This document shows positions 22,233 to 34,166 of a DNA stretch of 64,000 bases, piece by piece. The stretch covers positions 496,001-560,000 of the forward strand of contig NIVC01000293.1 of NCBI GenBank assembly GCA_002269645.1. The letters run 5' to 3'. A model generated the notes under the pieces. It did no database searches. It was not told the DNA's origin and saw only the letters and a list, made by a program, of their open reading frames with translations. The stretch's first letter is position 1. Each line of letters starts with the position of its first letter. The DNA is from Macrostomum lignano. Taxonomy: Eukaryota. Position numbers and translations under genes: made by a program.

Positions 22233-22554
22233 ATAAATGAACAGGACTTCAATTCTATTAAAGGATACATCAGCATCAAATGCTTTCAACCTGATTTCTA
22301 AAAGTGCGTTTTTCGTTGGTGAATTGCGCTGTCGAGGCCTACAACTGGAAACCTTGAAAACAGAAGTAGCCAAGCTGATGAGGAAGAGAGCCTTCCTTCA
22401 TTAGTCATTTCCCCGACAGGTCTGCGCAGCCCCCCCCCCCCGCGTGCCCGGTAAACAACCAGCCATCGGTGCCGCAGACCCAAAAGCCTTACGAACTGGT
22501 GCACTTTCAAGACATCGTAGCTCGAATGCAACTTTTATTCTTTTGCCTCGCCTC

Positions 22555-22875
22555 GCCAGCACCAAGGAGTGCCAGCACTAAGGGGCGCCAGCACCAAGGG
22601 GCGCCAGCACCAAGGGGCGCCAGCACCAAGGGGCGCCAGCACCAAGGGGTGCCAGCACCAAGGGGCGCCAGCACCAAGGGGCGCCAGCACCAAGGGGCGC
22701 CAGCACCAAGGGGTGCCAGCACCAAGGGGCGCCAGCACCAAGGGGCGCCAGCACCAAGGGGTGCCAGCACCAAGGGGCGCCAGCACCAAGGGGCGCCAGC
22801 ACCAAGGGGCGCCAGCACCAAGGGGCGCCAGCACCAAGGGGCGCCAGCACCAAGAGGCGCCAGCACCAAGGGGTG
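22555..22875. repeat. 16-bp GC-rich minisatellite (CCAGCACCAAGGGGCG), ~20 copies
   Basis: Tandem copies. Confidence 0.95.
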
Positions 22876-23871
22876 TCCGGAACATTACTGAATTCACAAC
22901 GAAGTGATTCCAGTGTCTGCTGTCTGCACTGCCACACAGCAATGTCTGGCTACCGAATACATGCTGGATGATTCGGCCACCTAAATGCCAACCTTGCAAT
23001 CCTTGTAATCAATAACTTTCTGTTGCTCCTGTCGGTAGGAAAGAACTTTCAAATAATAGCTATGGTACTTGTAAATCACAAGGGCTTCGGTTAAAAGCAT
23101 GCGAATCAAGGTAGGTTAGAGTGCTGTTTTGCTAATCTGCAGCCAAGTTGCGGTGGCTTCTACAAGAGAGAGACAGCAAAGCTATTGTACATTTTACGAA
23201 ATAAGGCCTCAGTTTCATGAGGAGCTTGTCAGGTGTCTAAGTCATAGATAGATATGGGGCAAAAGGCTCATGGAGAATTACGCGAAAGTCAAGACATGGC
23301 TCAAAGTGAACTGTTGAAATGCCTCAAGACCAAGGGGAATTGCTGAGATGTCTAAGGATCAAGGGGAATCGCTGAGATGTCTAAGGATCAAGGGGAATCG
23401 CTGAGATGTCTAAGGATCAAGGGGAATTGCTGAGATATCCATATGCTCGAAAGGAATTGTACAGATTTCTATAAAGGATCATAGGGACTTATTTACTTTC
23501 ACTTGTCTAGTCGTTGACATTAATTTATTTATCGTTTTCTCCATAGGTCTCTGTGTTTATTCGAATACCTTGAATGTAAAGTTTAGTTTCACGAACTTTC
23601 AACGCGACTATTTTAGTGCAAATTTCCAGACAGAATTTCCAATGGGGAATATTTACAAGTACACGCACTGTAGAGGTCCAAAACCATAGGATGCAGATAA
23701 ATCTGCATCCTAGCAACTATTCGTACAAAATTTCTTCACCAATTACATTCGTTTGCAGCAATGGCTATTCTTCCTTTTTCGTAGCCATGCGCGTCATCAG
23801 TGAGACGAAGATTAAACAGACTTGGGTTCTAGAAATCCTAAACTAGGCTTTGTCAGTAGTTTGGACTAAGT

Positions 23872-25967
23872 ATGCAAGGCCCTAAAGAGATGGCGGAGCC
23901 ACAGAAAAGACCATGGAAGCCGGACCTTCCACCAGCACCTCCTCAAAACTATCCGCGCAGTCAGAATCGACCAAAATCAGCGGCCGAAACGGCGCAAATG
24001 TTGATCAGCGAGTTCAACGACTACGGGCATCGAACCACGGTGCACGGCCTGGGCCACATGTACCAGTCTACAGACATGAGACGCAAACTGTTCTGGCTAG
24101 CGCTCACCGTTATTGGTTCAATAGCCTGTGGAGTTCACATCTACTTCATTGTAGAAAACTACAACGAGACTCCAGTCAATTCCGTCATTCTCAACGGTGG
24201 GATTCGAGTGACCTTTCCAGACGTGACCCTCTGCAACATGTACCCGATCTCTGAGTCGGTGCAGAACCACGGAGCCGGTGAGATCCGGGGTCACATTAGA
24301 AAATAATTCAAATTCAAAGCTTCATCAAAGCTTCGACGGGATATGAAAATAGCACCAGGAATCGATTTCAAATGGCCAGGAAGTTCTTTCAAATTTTCTG
24401 GGCATCCGAGGACACAAGAGACCTGGCTCACGATGACGACCTATTTCTAGTCTACTGCAGGTACAAAAACCGTAAGTGCACTAGCAAGCATTTCAAAATG
24501 GTGCAGAACATTGTCTACTGGAACTGTTACACATTCACGCCAAAGTTCGATGGAGAGGAAGATGAGGACAGGCGCGTGTACAGTGGCAATGAAGACGACG
24601 GTCTCAACATGATTCTGTACACAAATTCGCACCTCAGAAATATCCATGCGAACAACAGCCTCACGACTGTAGACGGAATTATAAATCTGACACGAAGCGA
24701 AGCAAAACAGGGGTTGCGTCGAGATCAGTCTAATTTTCTCGAACGCTACCTGGTGAATTACAGTCTTTCTTTGAACCAGCTGCTAGCCGGAGACAGGTTG
24801 GAGCCCGATGGAATTCGGGTGATTCTCCACGAGAAAGGAACTTACCCCCACATGGACATGAACAGCGTGATCGTTGGTAACGGAGACTACTCCAAAGTCG
24901 TCTTCTCAATGGAGCGCAAGATTTCCAAGAACCGGCCGGATTTCCCGTGCCGAGAAACCTCCGAGGACGCCGCCGATGAGGAGGTGGAGTACGTTTCCTA
25001 CTACCCTGGCGTCGATGTGAGGTACACCACCAAGAGACCGCCACCGAACTTCAAGAAGTTCAAGCGCGATCGACTCGACTACGTAGTGACTCGAGTCCAG
25101 GACCTGTTCTGGTCGAGCTGCAGCTGCTACACCCACGTGGTCCCGTTCTCGCACTTCAACTCGAAGCTGTGCTACTTTTGCAGAAACGGCACGGACCCAG
25201 TGGAGATCCGACGCACTCTCGAGCGAGTCCACTGCCACGACAGAGTCTACCAGAACCAGCTGAAGAAGAACATCCTCACCTACTTCAGCGACTCGCAGCG
25301 CTTCCAGCCGTGCACTGGCGACGAATACGACGTGAAGATGGGCAGCTCAGCGTGGCCCAGCCAGCGCGACATCATGTTCCTCGTCGACCAGTACGTGATT
25401 CCCGCCTTCCTGCACGAGAGCGTCGGCAACCGGTCCTACAACAGCATCCTGAAGAACACGAGAGTCTACCCGATCCGCGACATCGTCGGGACGACGCCCG
25501 AGCAGGCGATCGGCTCAAAGACTATCAAGTCGTTCAACTGGACCGTGGACGAGTTCCTCATTCGCAAGAGCTTCCTCAAGGTGGCCATCCACGCCGACAG
25601 CCCGACGGGAACGCTCAACGAAGAGGTCGAGAGCTACTCGTTCGCCGAGGCGCTGTCGGAGATCGGCGGCATCTTCGGCCTCTACGCCGGCGTCTCGCTG
25701 CTCACCTTCTTCGAGTTCGTCGAGCTCGCCTACCTGATGGCCACGAAGCCGAAGGAGGTGACGCGGCATGAGAAGGACGGCAAGTCGAAGTTCGCCATGC
25801 TGCAGCAAACCATGGAGGACGGAGAGCTGCCAGCCAGCGAGGTGCTCAAGTACAAGCAGCTGTTCGACCGCGGCAACTGCTGCGCCCTGCCAACGGCCAG
25901 CGCCTCCCAACAGAGCAGGAGCTTCATCATGCAAGCTGAGAGGGAGGACTCTTTTTTCCTTGCTTGA
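23872..25967 (+). pseudogene. DEG/ENaC family channel, intronless, disrupted by a frameshift and in-frame TAA at ~24304-24320
   Basis: ORF 23872-24306 carries the HG motif (TTVHG), TM1 and FPDVTLCN. ORF 24372-25967 carries WNCYTF, GIRVILH, the thumb Cys residues and TM2 (SEIGGIFGLYAGVS). Against the paralog, 21 nt are replaced by 17 nt, with no GT-AG to rescue the frame. Confidence 0.8.
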
Positions 25968-26784
25968 GTTATCGCTGAATTATTTATAAGTGCTTATTTC
26001 GTTAATCATTTAAACTACTTGTCTGTAGCAACGGATGTAAAGTGCAAAAAACAATATAAGTTTCATTGAGCATAACCAGACCACCGTCTTCAGACTTCAA
26101 CAGCAATTTAGGTACAGCTGATAAATAAATTACCCACATAGCACTACTGTCTAGTAGTGCAGATTGATTCGACGTAAGGTCCAGTAGAAAAAGCAATAAA
26201 TAAAGTCTCTAGTTTGTCGAACTGCTGCATCCTAGAAGTTTCAGAGCGTTGGAAGTTGTTCATTATTCAATAAAATGCTATGTAAAACTTGATGTATTAT
26301 AAATGTATAATTTATTACAGAAATTAAAGACAACTTAAATAGTTGTAGTTGTGTTGTGTTTTTGTTATCCCTAGCAGGAGTTTTTAACTGTTGACTTTCA
26401 TTGAATTTACGCCTAAGTTATTGCACTTTCATGTCACTCATAAATCACACAATACTTATTGAATTCTACACTAATTTCCTGCAATAAATGCAAATATATG
26501 TCCGTGCATCGGTTGTCTGTACCAGCCAATATGCTGCTGTCTACTCGTAACTCCGTTATCAATGAAGTTTCGTGGATTTTGTGGATGCTGAATAGACAGA
26601 AAAAAACGATAAATTTTTGGAACTGATTAGAAATCCAAATAATAGAGGTTTTGTTTCAACAAAATTATTCTACTAATTTTAATTAGAAGTTAACAGCGAA
26701 AAAAATTTCTATACATATCGGAAGCTAAGTTTCAGCCTCTGCCGTAAGCATTGAAAACGAAGTGATTTAGAGTTCGTTAAAATC

Positions 26785-27150
26785 CTTCTCTGCCTTCCCC
26801 TTCTGCCTCTGCTCCCCACTCTGCCTCTGCCCCCCCCTCTGCCTCTGCCCCCCCTCTGCCTCTGCTCCCCACTCTGCCTCTGCCCCCTCTGCCTCTGCTC
26901 CCCACTTTGCCTCTGCTCCCCCTCTGCCTCTGCTCCCCCTCTGCCTCTGCCCCCCCTCTGCCTCTGCTCCCCACTCTGCCTCTGCTCCCCCTCTGCCTCT
27001 GCTCCCCACTCTGCCTCTGCTCCCCCTCTGCCTCTGCTCCCCACTTTGCCTCTGCTCCCCCTCTGCCTCTGCTCCCCCTCTGCCTCTGCCCCCCCCCGCC
27101 TCTGCCTCTGCTCCCCCTCTGCCTCTGCTCCCCCTCTGCCTCTGCTGATC
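26785..27150. repeat. 18-19 bp pyrimidine-rich minisatellite (CTCTGCCTCTGCTCCCC..)
   Basis: Tandem copies in the spacer between the two ENaC genes. Confidence 0.92.
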
Positions 27151-29511
27151 CCCCTGCCTCTCCCACTGCGTTTGCTTAACCCACCACCCCACCCTGACTG
27201 CCCCGGCCCCTTGGCAGTCCAATACTAATTGGCTGCCGCACTACATTGTGGTTAGCCGTTTTACGTGCAGTCCCCTGCAGTGTCACCTCCTAGCATATCA
27301 GGTACCTCTCTACCCTAAGCTTGCCCTGATTGGCCGGCTGCTTATGGCGGTTGCGGGTCGGTGCACTGCGGATTAAAGGGTCTTGACCAAATATATACTT
27401 ATTCGCGCAGTGAGCCAGGGGAGACAATCTGGAATCTATAATCGCTCAGTGTCACAACTACAATACATGTAGATTTAAGACTATTGTTTCAAGCGTATCT
27501 TTAGCATGGACAACTAAAGCAACGTATATACAGGACGCGAAACTCACGTTTCATGGAAAAAAAGTTTTGAAGGCCACTTTTCGTCGAAAAATACACTACG
27601 GGGATAAGAAATTTTCACTTTTTCATTATTAAAATTGTATTTGCTTTTGGTAGTAGGCAGACCCAATGTTCATCTTTTGATATGTTGTGCCTTTTTTACA
27701 GCTCTATTGACGTTTGTAAAGCTTTTTGTTCAGAAAACTATGATTCTGTGTTAATTTTTATTCTACGTACAACTGCACATGTCCTGTGTCTAAAAACGAT
27801 TAAAGTGGCACAGCTCGGCTTATTGGTTTTATGAATCTATTTTGTCATTCTTATAGCTGACTGTGTAGCAGTATGTGTAGCATTTTTTAGCATTTTTAGG
27901 TGCAGGTAATGTACGTAGAATGCAAAAATAACATATAGAATCCTAATTTTCTAAACAAAAGCTATATAATTATCAATAGGGCTATAGGAAAGGCACAACA
28001 TATCAAAAGATAAACATTGGGTCTGCCTCTTATCGAAAGCAATAACAATTGTAATATGTAAAAAGTGAAAACTTCCTATTTCCGTAGTGTTGTTTCTTTC
28101 TACGTCCCACGGCTCATCCGGTTCCTCCGGGCCACCAAACGAGCCTCCGTCTTCCCCACCGAGGACAACGCTGCAGACAGGACCGGCAGACCTCCCAGAC
28201 CGGCCCCTCGCCCTAGCCTATGCGGGTCTCTCAGGGATTAGCGGAATGGGCGACGCTCGCCTCCCCGCTGAGTCTTCGGACCGCCCTGCAGCTAAGTCAA
28301 GTAAGTCAAAAGGCCTTTAAAACAGTTTCCATAGATTTCGAGTGTTGCGTTCTTCTACTTTAGTAGTTCTTGATCTTTATCTGACAGGCGATTACAAATT
28401 GCAACTTTCTGCATCAATAACGTACTATAAGGCTTACAAGCTATTTCTTGAATTTCAGTTTTAGGAAAGCAAAATACCAAGGTACATATAAACGCATTTT
28501 GGCTTAGTAACATCCTTCTATAGATCACTATTCCTCAACATATTCGTCCAGAGGTAAGGAAATTTCTGTCTAACAGCAAGGCAGTGTATTAAGGCGGCTC
28601 TTGAAGTAATTTTTGCTCTCTTGAAATGCCGCCCTTCATACTGCAGCAGTTCCACCATATGCTGTACATGCATATAGCTGTAAGGTATTATTCCAGCTAA
28701 GGGGTGCACAGGGATTCACATTGCCTACATGCCCTCTGCCCCAGCCTCGCTGGAAGCACACATTATTTAGGCCAATCCGATCAATCATTCTGACCGTGGT
28801 GAAGATCTTCTTTTTAGCTGCAGTCCACCTGTGAGCCACTCGCATGCAGTGCTCTGGCTGCGTGGGCCTTTTACTGCTTTTCTTTTTTTTGAAGCCGGTT
28901 TGCTGCTCTCTTAGCAAAGTATAACAAACTATCAATTAAATGATTGCAAAAACAATAACTTATATATGTAAGGAAACATACTAAAATTTATTAATTGACA
29001 ATTAAATGAGCAATACTGTTAAGGTTTTATCTGTCCAAATAGCGGTAAAAATGGTATCAACGTGAGTCAAAGGATCAAAAGAGTTCGCATTAATCCCATT
29101 TACAGTGTACCAAAAAAGTTAAAAACCGACGCCCAAACGAAAACGCGAAAGTAAAAATGGCAGCACTTTATAGAACAGTAATGTACAATATATCAAGGGA
29201 TAATACAAAAACATACCAAGCTGCATATTTTTGCTGAAACGTCGTTCGGTAAGATATTTATATTTAGTTCACGGATACACTTGCAAAATTATTCAGAGCA
29301 AGGCAATAGTCAACTTGCAATCCGTTAGGCCCATCATACGAGTTACTGACCTCTAACAACGCGCACCTGACTTTCTCTTCGCAAGGCATGTACAAGCCGC
29401 GCACATGTGCACCGATGAAGCTATTCTGCTTCAAAGTCAACACCAATAATACAATGAACGGGGAACTCAGCCTTCTGAATGCGTGAAAAATTGCGGCCAA
29501 AATTATTCGGG

Positions 29512-31731
29512 TCAAGAAACAATCACCGGACGTCGAACTGAACCCTCCCTCTCAGCTTGCATGATGAAGCTCCTGCTCTGCTGGGAGGCGCTGGCCGTTG
29601 GCAGGGCGCAGCAGTTGCCGCGGTCGAACAGCTGCTTGTACTTGAGCACCTCGCTGGCTGGCAGCTCTCCGTCCTCCATGGTTTGCTGCAGCATGGCGAA
29701 CTTCGACTTGCCGTCCTTCTCATGCCGCGTCACCTCCTTCGGCTTCGTGGCCATCAGGTAGGCGAGCTCGACGAACTCGAAGAAGGTGAGCAGCGAGACG
29801 CCGGCGTAGAGGCCGAAGATGCCGCCGATCTCCGACAGCGCCTCGGCGAACGAGTAGCTCTCGACCTCTTCGTTGAGCGTTCCCGTCGGGCTGTCGGCGT
29901 GGATGGCCACCTTGAGGAAGCTCTTGCGAATGAGGAACTCGTCCACGGTCCAGTTGAACGACTTGATAGTCTTTGAGCCGATCGCCTGCTCGGGCGTCGT
30001 CCCGACGATGTCGCGGATCGGGTAGACTCTCGTGTTCTTCAGGATGCTGTTGTAGGACCGGTTGCCGACGCTCTCGTGCAGGAAGGCGGGAATCACGTAC
30101 TGGTCGACGAGGAACATGATGTCGCGCTGGCTGGGCCACGCTGAGCTGCCCATCTTCACGTCGTATTCGTCGCCAGTGCACGGCTGGAAGCGCTGCGAGT
30201 CGCTGAAGTAGGTGAGGATGTTCTTCTTCAGCTGGTTCTGGTAGACTCTGTCGTGGCAGTGGACTCGCTCGAGAGTGCGTCGGATCTCCACTGGGTCCGT
30301 GCCGTTTCTGCAAAAGTAGCACAGCTTCGAGTTGAAGTGCGAGAACGGGACCACGTGGGTGTAGCAGCTGCAGCTCGACCAGAACAGGTCCTGGACTCGA
30401 GTCACTACGTAGTCGAGTCGATCGCGCTTGAACTTCTTGAAGTTCGGTGGCGGTCTCTTGGTGGTGTACCTCACATCGACGCCAGGGTAGTAGGAAACGT
30501 ACTCCACCTCCTCATCGGCGGCGTCCTCGGAGGTTTCTCGGCACGGGAAATCCGGCCGGTTCTTGGAAATCTTGCGCTCCATTGAGAAGACGACTTTGGA
30601 GTAGTCTCCGTTGCCAACGATCACGCTGTTCATGTCCATGTGGGGGTAAGTTCCTTTCTCGTGGAGAATGACCCGAATTCCATCGGGCTCCATTTTATCG
30701 CCTGCCAGCAGCTGGTTCAGAGACAGATTGTAGTTCACCAGGTAGCGCTCTAAATAGTTTGACTTATCACCGTTTGAACTGTCTTTACCGTTATTTTCCT
30801 CATCGTAGAAGCCCTTTGTCGTTGTCAATGCGTTACTAGCGTGAATATTTCTGAGGTGTGAATTGGTGTACATGATGAGGTTCAAGCCCTCGTCTTCGTT
30901 GCCGCTGTACACGCGCCTGTCTTCCTCCTCCTCTCCGTCGAATTTTGGCGTGAATGTGTAGCAGTTCCAGTAGTCGATGTTTTGAACCATTTTGAACTGC
31001 TTGTTAGAGCAGGGACGACTTTTATACCTGCAGTAGACTAGAAATAGGTCGTCGTCGTGAGCCAGGTCTCTTGTGTCCTCGGATGCCCAGAAAATTTGAA
31101 AGAACTTCCTGGCCATTTTAAATCTATCCTTGGTGCTGTTGTCCATTCCGGCTGAGGCTTTGATGAAGCCGCGAAAGAATCTCCAGTATTTTCTAATGTG
31201 ACCCCTGATCTCACCGGCTCCGTGGTTCTGCACCGACTCCGAGATCGGGTACATGTTGCAGAGGGTCACGTCTGGAAAATTCACGTGGACTCCACCGTTT
31301 AGAATGACGGAATTAACTGGAGTTTCGTTGTAGTTGGCCACAATGAAGTAGATGTGAATGCCGCAGGCAAAGCATCCAACGATAGTGATGAGGAGCCAAA
31401 ATAACTTTCGTCTGACATCTGTGGACTGGTACATGTGGCCCAGGCCGTGTACCGTGGTTCGATGCCCGTAGTCGTTGAACTCGCTGATCAACAACTTGAC
31501 TGTTTCAGAGGATTTTTTCTTCTTTCGCTGGTCCATACGCGCCTGCTGAGGTCGATAGGCAGCAGGTTGTGCAGCTGGTTGTTGCTGCTGTATGATGCCT
31601 TCTTGTGGTTGCTGAGCCGTCGATTGGGGCGAAATCTGCGACGCCTGCTGCGAGGCTTGCTGCGATCTGTGATCGCTTGCTTCTTCAGCATTGCTGCTGT
31701 TTCCATCAGGCATGATCGGCTGCAGTATCAT
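29512..31731 (-). CDS. DEG/ENaC (amiloride-sensitive sodium channel superfamily) subunit, 739 aa, intronless coding region
   Basis: HG motif (HRTTVHGLGH), TM1, FPDVTLCNMYP, WNCYTF, PDGIRVILHEKGTYP, QPCTGDEYDVKMGSSAWPS, TM2 with the GxS selectivity filter (GVS). Confidence 0.93.
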   Translation of the reverse strand: MILQPIMPDGNSSNAEEASDHRSQQASQQASQISPQSTAQQPQEGIIQQQQPAAQPAAYRPQQARMDQRKKKKSSETVKLLISEFNDYGHRTTVHGLGHMYQSTDVRRKLFWLLITIVGCFACGIHIYFIVANYNETPVNSVILNGGVHVNFPDVTLCNMYPISESVQNHGAGEIRGHIRKYWRFFRGFIKASAGMDNSTKDRFKMARKFFQIFWASEDTRDLAHDDDLFLVYCRYKSRPCSNKQFKMVQNIDYWNCYTFTPKFDGEEEEDRRVYSGNEDEGLNLIMYTNSHLRNIHASNALTTTKGFYDEENNGKDSSNGDKSNYLERYLVNYNLSLNQLLAGDKMEPDGIRVILHEKGTYPHMDMNSVIVGNGDYSKVVFSMERKISKNRPDFPCRETSEDAADEEVEYVSYYPGVDVRYTTKRPPPNFKKFKRDRLDYVVTRVQDLFWSSCSCYTHVVPFSHFNSKLCYFCRNGTDPVEIRRTLERVHCHDRVYQNQLKKNILTYFSDSQRFQPCTGDEYDVKMGSSAWPSQRDIMFLVDQYVIPAFLHESVGNRSYNSILKNTRVYPIRDIVGTTPEQAIGSKTIKSFNWTVDEFLIRKSFLKVAIHADSPTGTLNEEVESYSFAEALSEIGGIFGLYAGVSLLTFFEFVELAYLMATKPKEVTRHEKDGKSKFAMLQQTMEDGELPASEVLKYKQLFDRGNCCALPTASASQQSRSFIMQAEREGSVRRPVIVS

Positions 31732-34166
31732 GTCCGCAGTCTTTTCTTACAATCCGATTGACAGACTGCAAAACTGAGAAACGGTTTTGGTTTATTTATC
31801 TCGCGCAACGCGATGGATGCAGTCGAGGGTGATGCAAGAACTGTGCGAACAGTTATTTCGCCAGGGTTCCCGGTTGAAAACAACGTCGATAGAGTCGGAG
31901 GGAAAGAGGGGCTGAAGGCCAGTATGTTGGTACGATGCCTCGTGTTCATTGGTAGCCGGCAGAATCGTTCGGGGCTGAGGATGTTCAGGATTGAAAGGTT
32001 TTAGAAGTTTTTTACCTTCGGCGCGTACATCGGCGTGACGCATCTGTGCACGCAGCTTACTACTAGTTACGGTTCCGAACGCTGCATACATGTAGTAGCT
32101 TTTATCGGAAGATCGGTGTACGAAAAATACATTCGCTAGTACGCTAGTGCAGTCGATGCTGCGGAAAAGTCAATGCCGCATCTACCTTGAAGTAGTCAAG
32201 TTTACAGGTTTGTCCTAGTCAATTCACAGGTACGTATTATCAAAGCTATTAAATAAGCCAGCCGATCTCTATACCGATACGTGTTAAGCTGTATAAACAC
32301 GGATTACGCAAAACTTGACGTTATTTGATGGCGTACGTGCATAATATATCACCTCTAAATGAGGTTACCTTTGCGTGTTTTTGGCTGGAGTGATTTGATG
32401 GCGAGGTGAACGAGTACTAAAAGATATATTTAAAAAACGACCTTTCACTGTACATGTTTCTCATACACTTTGGGCTGCAATCGGAGAAAGGGATGTACAA
32501 GGTTATAACCACGATTCTGAATTTTTTAGGAACCCAAACTTGGATCCTTATAAACACCAGACATCAGAAGCGCAATAGCCAGGATTTGTATGAGGCGCCA
32601 TCGAGAACGCCCGCACCAGAGGCTCCATTGTGAGTGCCAGCACCAAAAGGTGCCGCAGCTGATGTGAAGGGGTACTTTACTCAAAGTCCACTATTTTAGT
32701 AGGACCATAGGACCATGGAGACAGGCGTACTTATGGCTTGCTCAAAAAGCTCGCAAGCTGACCTAGTTATTCTAGTATCTGTGGCTAATACCCAGACGGT
32801 TGCCAAACTTTTCTTCTGCAGAGAAGGAGTTACGCTCGAATAAGTGGGACTTTGCAACTTTGCAATCAATCCTAAGAGTGACCATAAAATCGTTTGAGAA
32901 GCTGTCTTTTGCGTAAAGTTATAAGAGATCGTAAACTAAGTTGCGTTGAGCAAGCCATAAGTGCGGCTTCCCTAATCCCTATCCGACGCCCAAGGTCCGA
33001 CGTAAGTAGTTTTCGTAAAAGACCTCCTGGCTACGCGCCTCTACAGAACACCCCGACCAGAAACAATTACACTGTAAATACAGTACGTGGATGCAACATT
33101 AATATGCGTGTCGCTACTTAACATATACACGTATATGTAGCTACAATCGCGCCGTCCTTGACATGCCTACATCAACCTCGTCATGCATACTAAAAAGAAA
33201 ACTTTTACTTCTTGCTAGAATAACACAGTTAGACGTGTACATGCGCACGCATCTGCAGTAGAAATGGGAATCTGCAGCATCATTGTGAGAAAAAACAGGA
33301 AAAGGCCTCCCCTGTCCGGGCTCGATGGAACGAAAATGTCAGTCTAATTACCGAATGAACTGGGGCGCTTCCAACAGGCTATCTGTAAGCCCACGCGTAC
33401 ATGTATATAAGCCCGGGGATTCTAAAACATACATGCACATATAGAAGCTACACGTCAAGAGGAAAATGCAGAGGGCTCTTCCAACTGTTAGTGCGGCTAT
33501 ATTGCCCATGATATTCTAGGTGCCGCGTGGCTTGCAGACCAGCTTCACCAACAACATCGGTGCTTGGATCTGTTCGGGGAGGAAAACTGAGATAAAAAAG
33601 GAAAAATCTCTTTCCGATAAATTCGCTTCCTACTACCCGACAACCAGTCATTCAGCATGAGCCTAGATCTAGAGGATCAGGGACCAGTGAGGATTGCCAT
33701 GCCATGCCTAAAGCTATTTTCTGGTGTGGAAAATTAACTTTGCACTTTAATATTGTGCAACTGCCGGCAATATTAATTGTCACGGTATAAATATATTATA
33801 GGACCCGTATTTCAGCAAGTCAAGGATGTTTATATAAAAAAGGAGACAGCAGACACAAGCAGGCCATTGTAAACTTTGCTTGTAGCAAACTGTTTTCCTC
33901 CAGAAAGCAGACGACGTTCTGCAGCAGACAGACTTTTCCTAGCTAACGTGTGCTCCGTGTGTATTTTTACTGCATAGAATATACATGCACAGTTCACTGT
34001 GTGCACCACACTGCAGCACAACGGCCAGGTAATAAAAATTGCATCTGATGCATAAGGTTAGCGATGCATCAGACATCAAATATTTCAGCATCTAACAGGA
34101 AAAAAATTCCCAAGAAAAATATAATCAACCAATTCATATCAGTTTATAAGTACACATTAACGAGTT

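Noticed and set aside
22245-22410. Short open frame (TSILLKD..ELRCRGL..) as a Penelope-like RT C-terminal remnant
   Set aside because: Only a vague resemblance; no RT core motifs could be found nearby.
23770-23810. Minus-strand CTGATGA..GAAA hammerhead-like motif
   Set aside because: The stem II closing pair is absent and neither stem I nor stem III can be formed.
24447-30671. Alternative-frame and antisense ORFs (104-200 aa) duplicated in both ENaC copies
   Set aside because: Expected by-products of very high GC3 in the shared block; no recognisable motifs.
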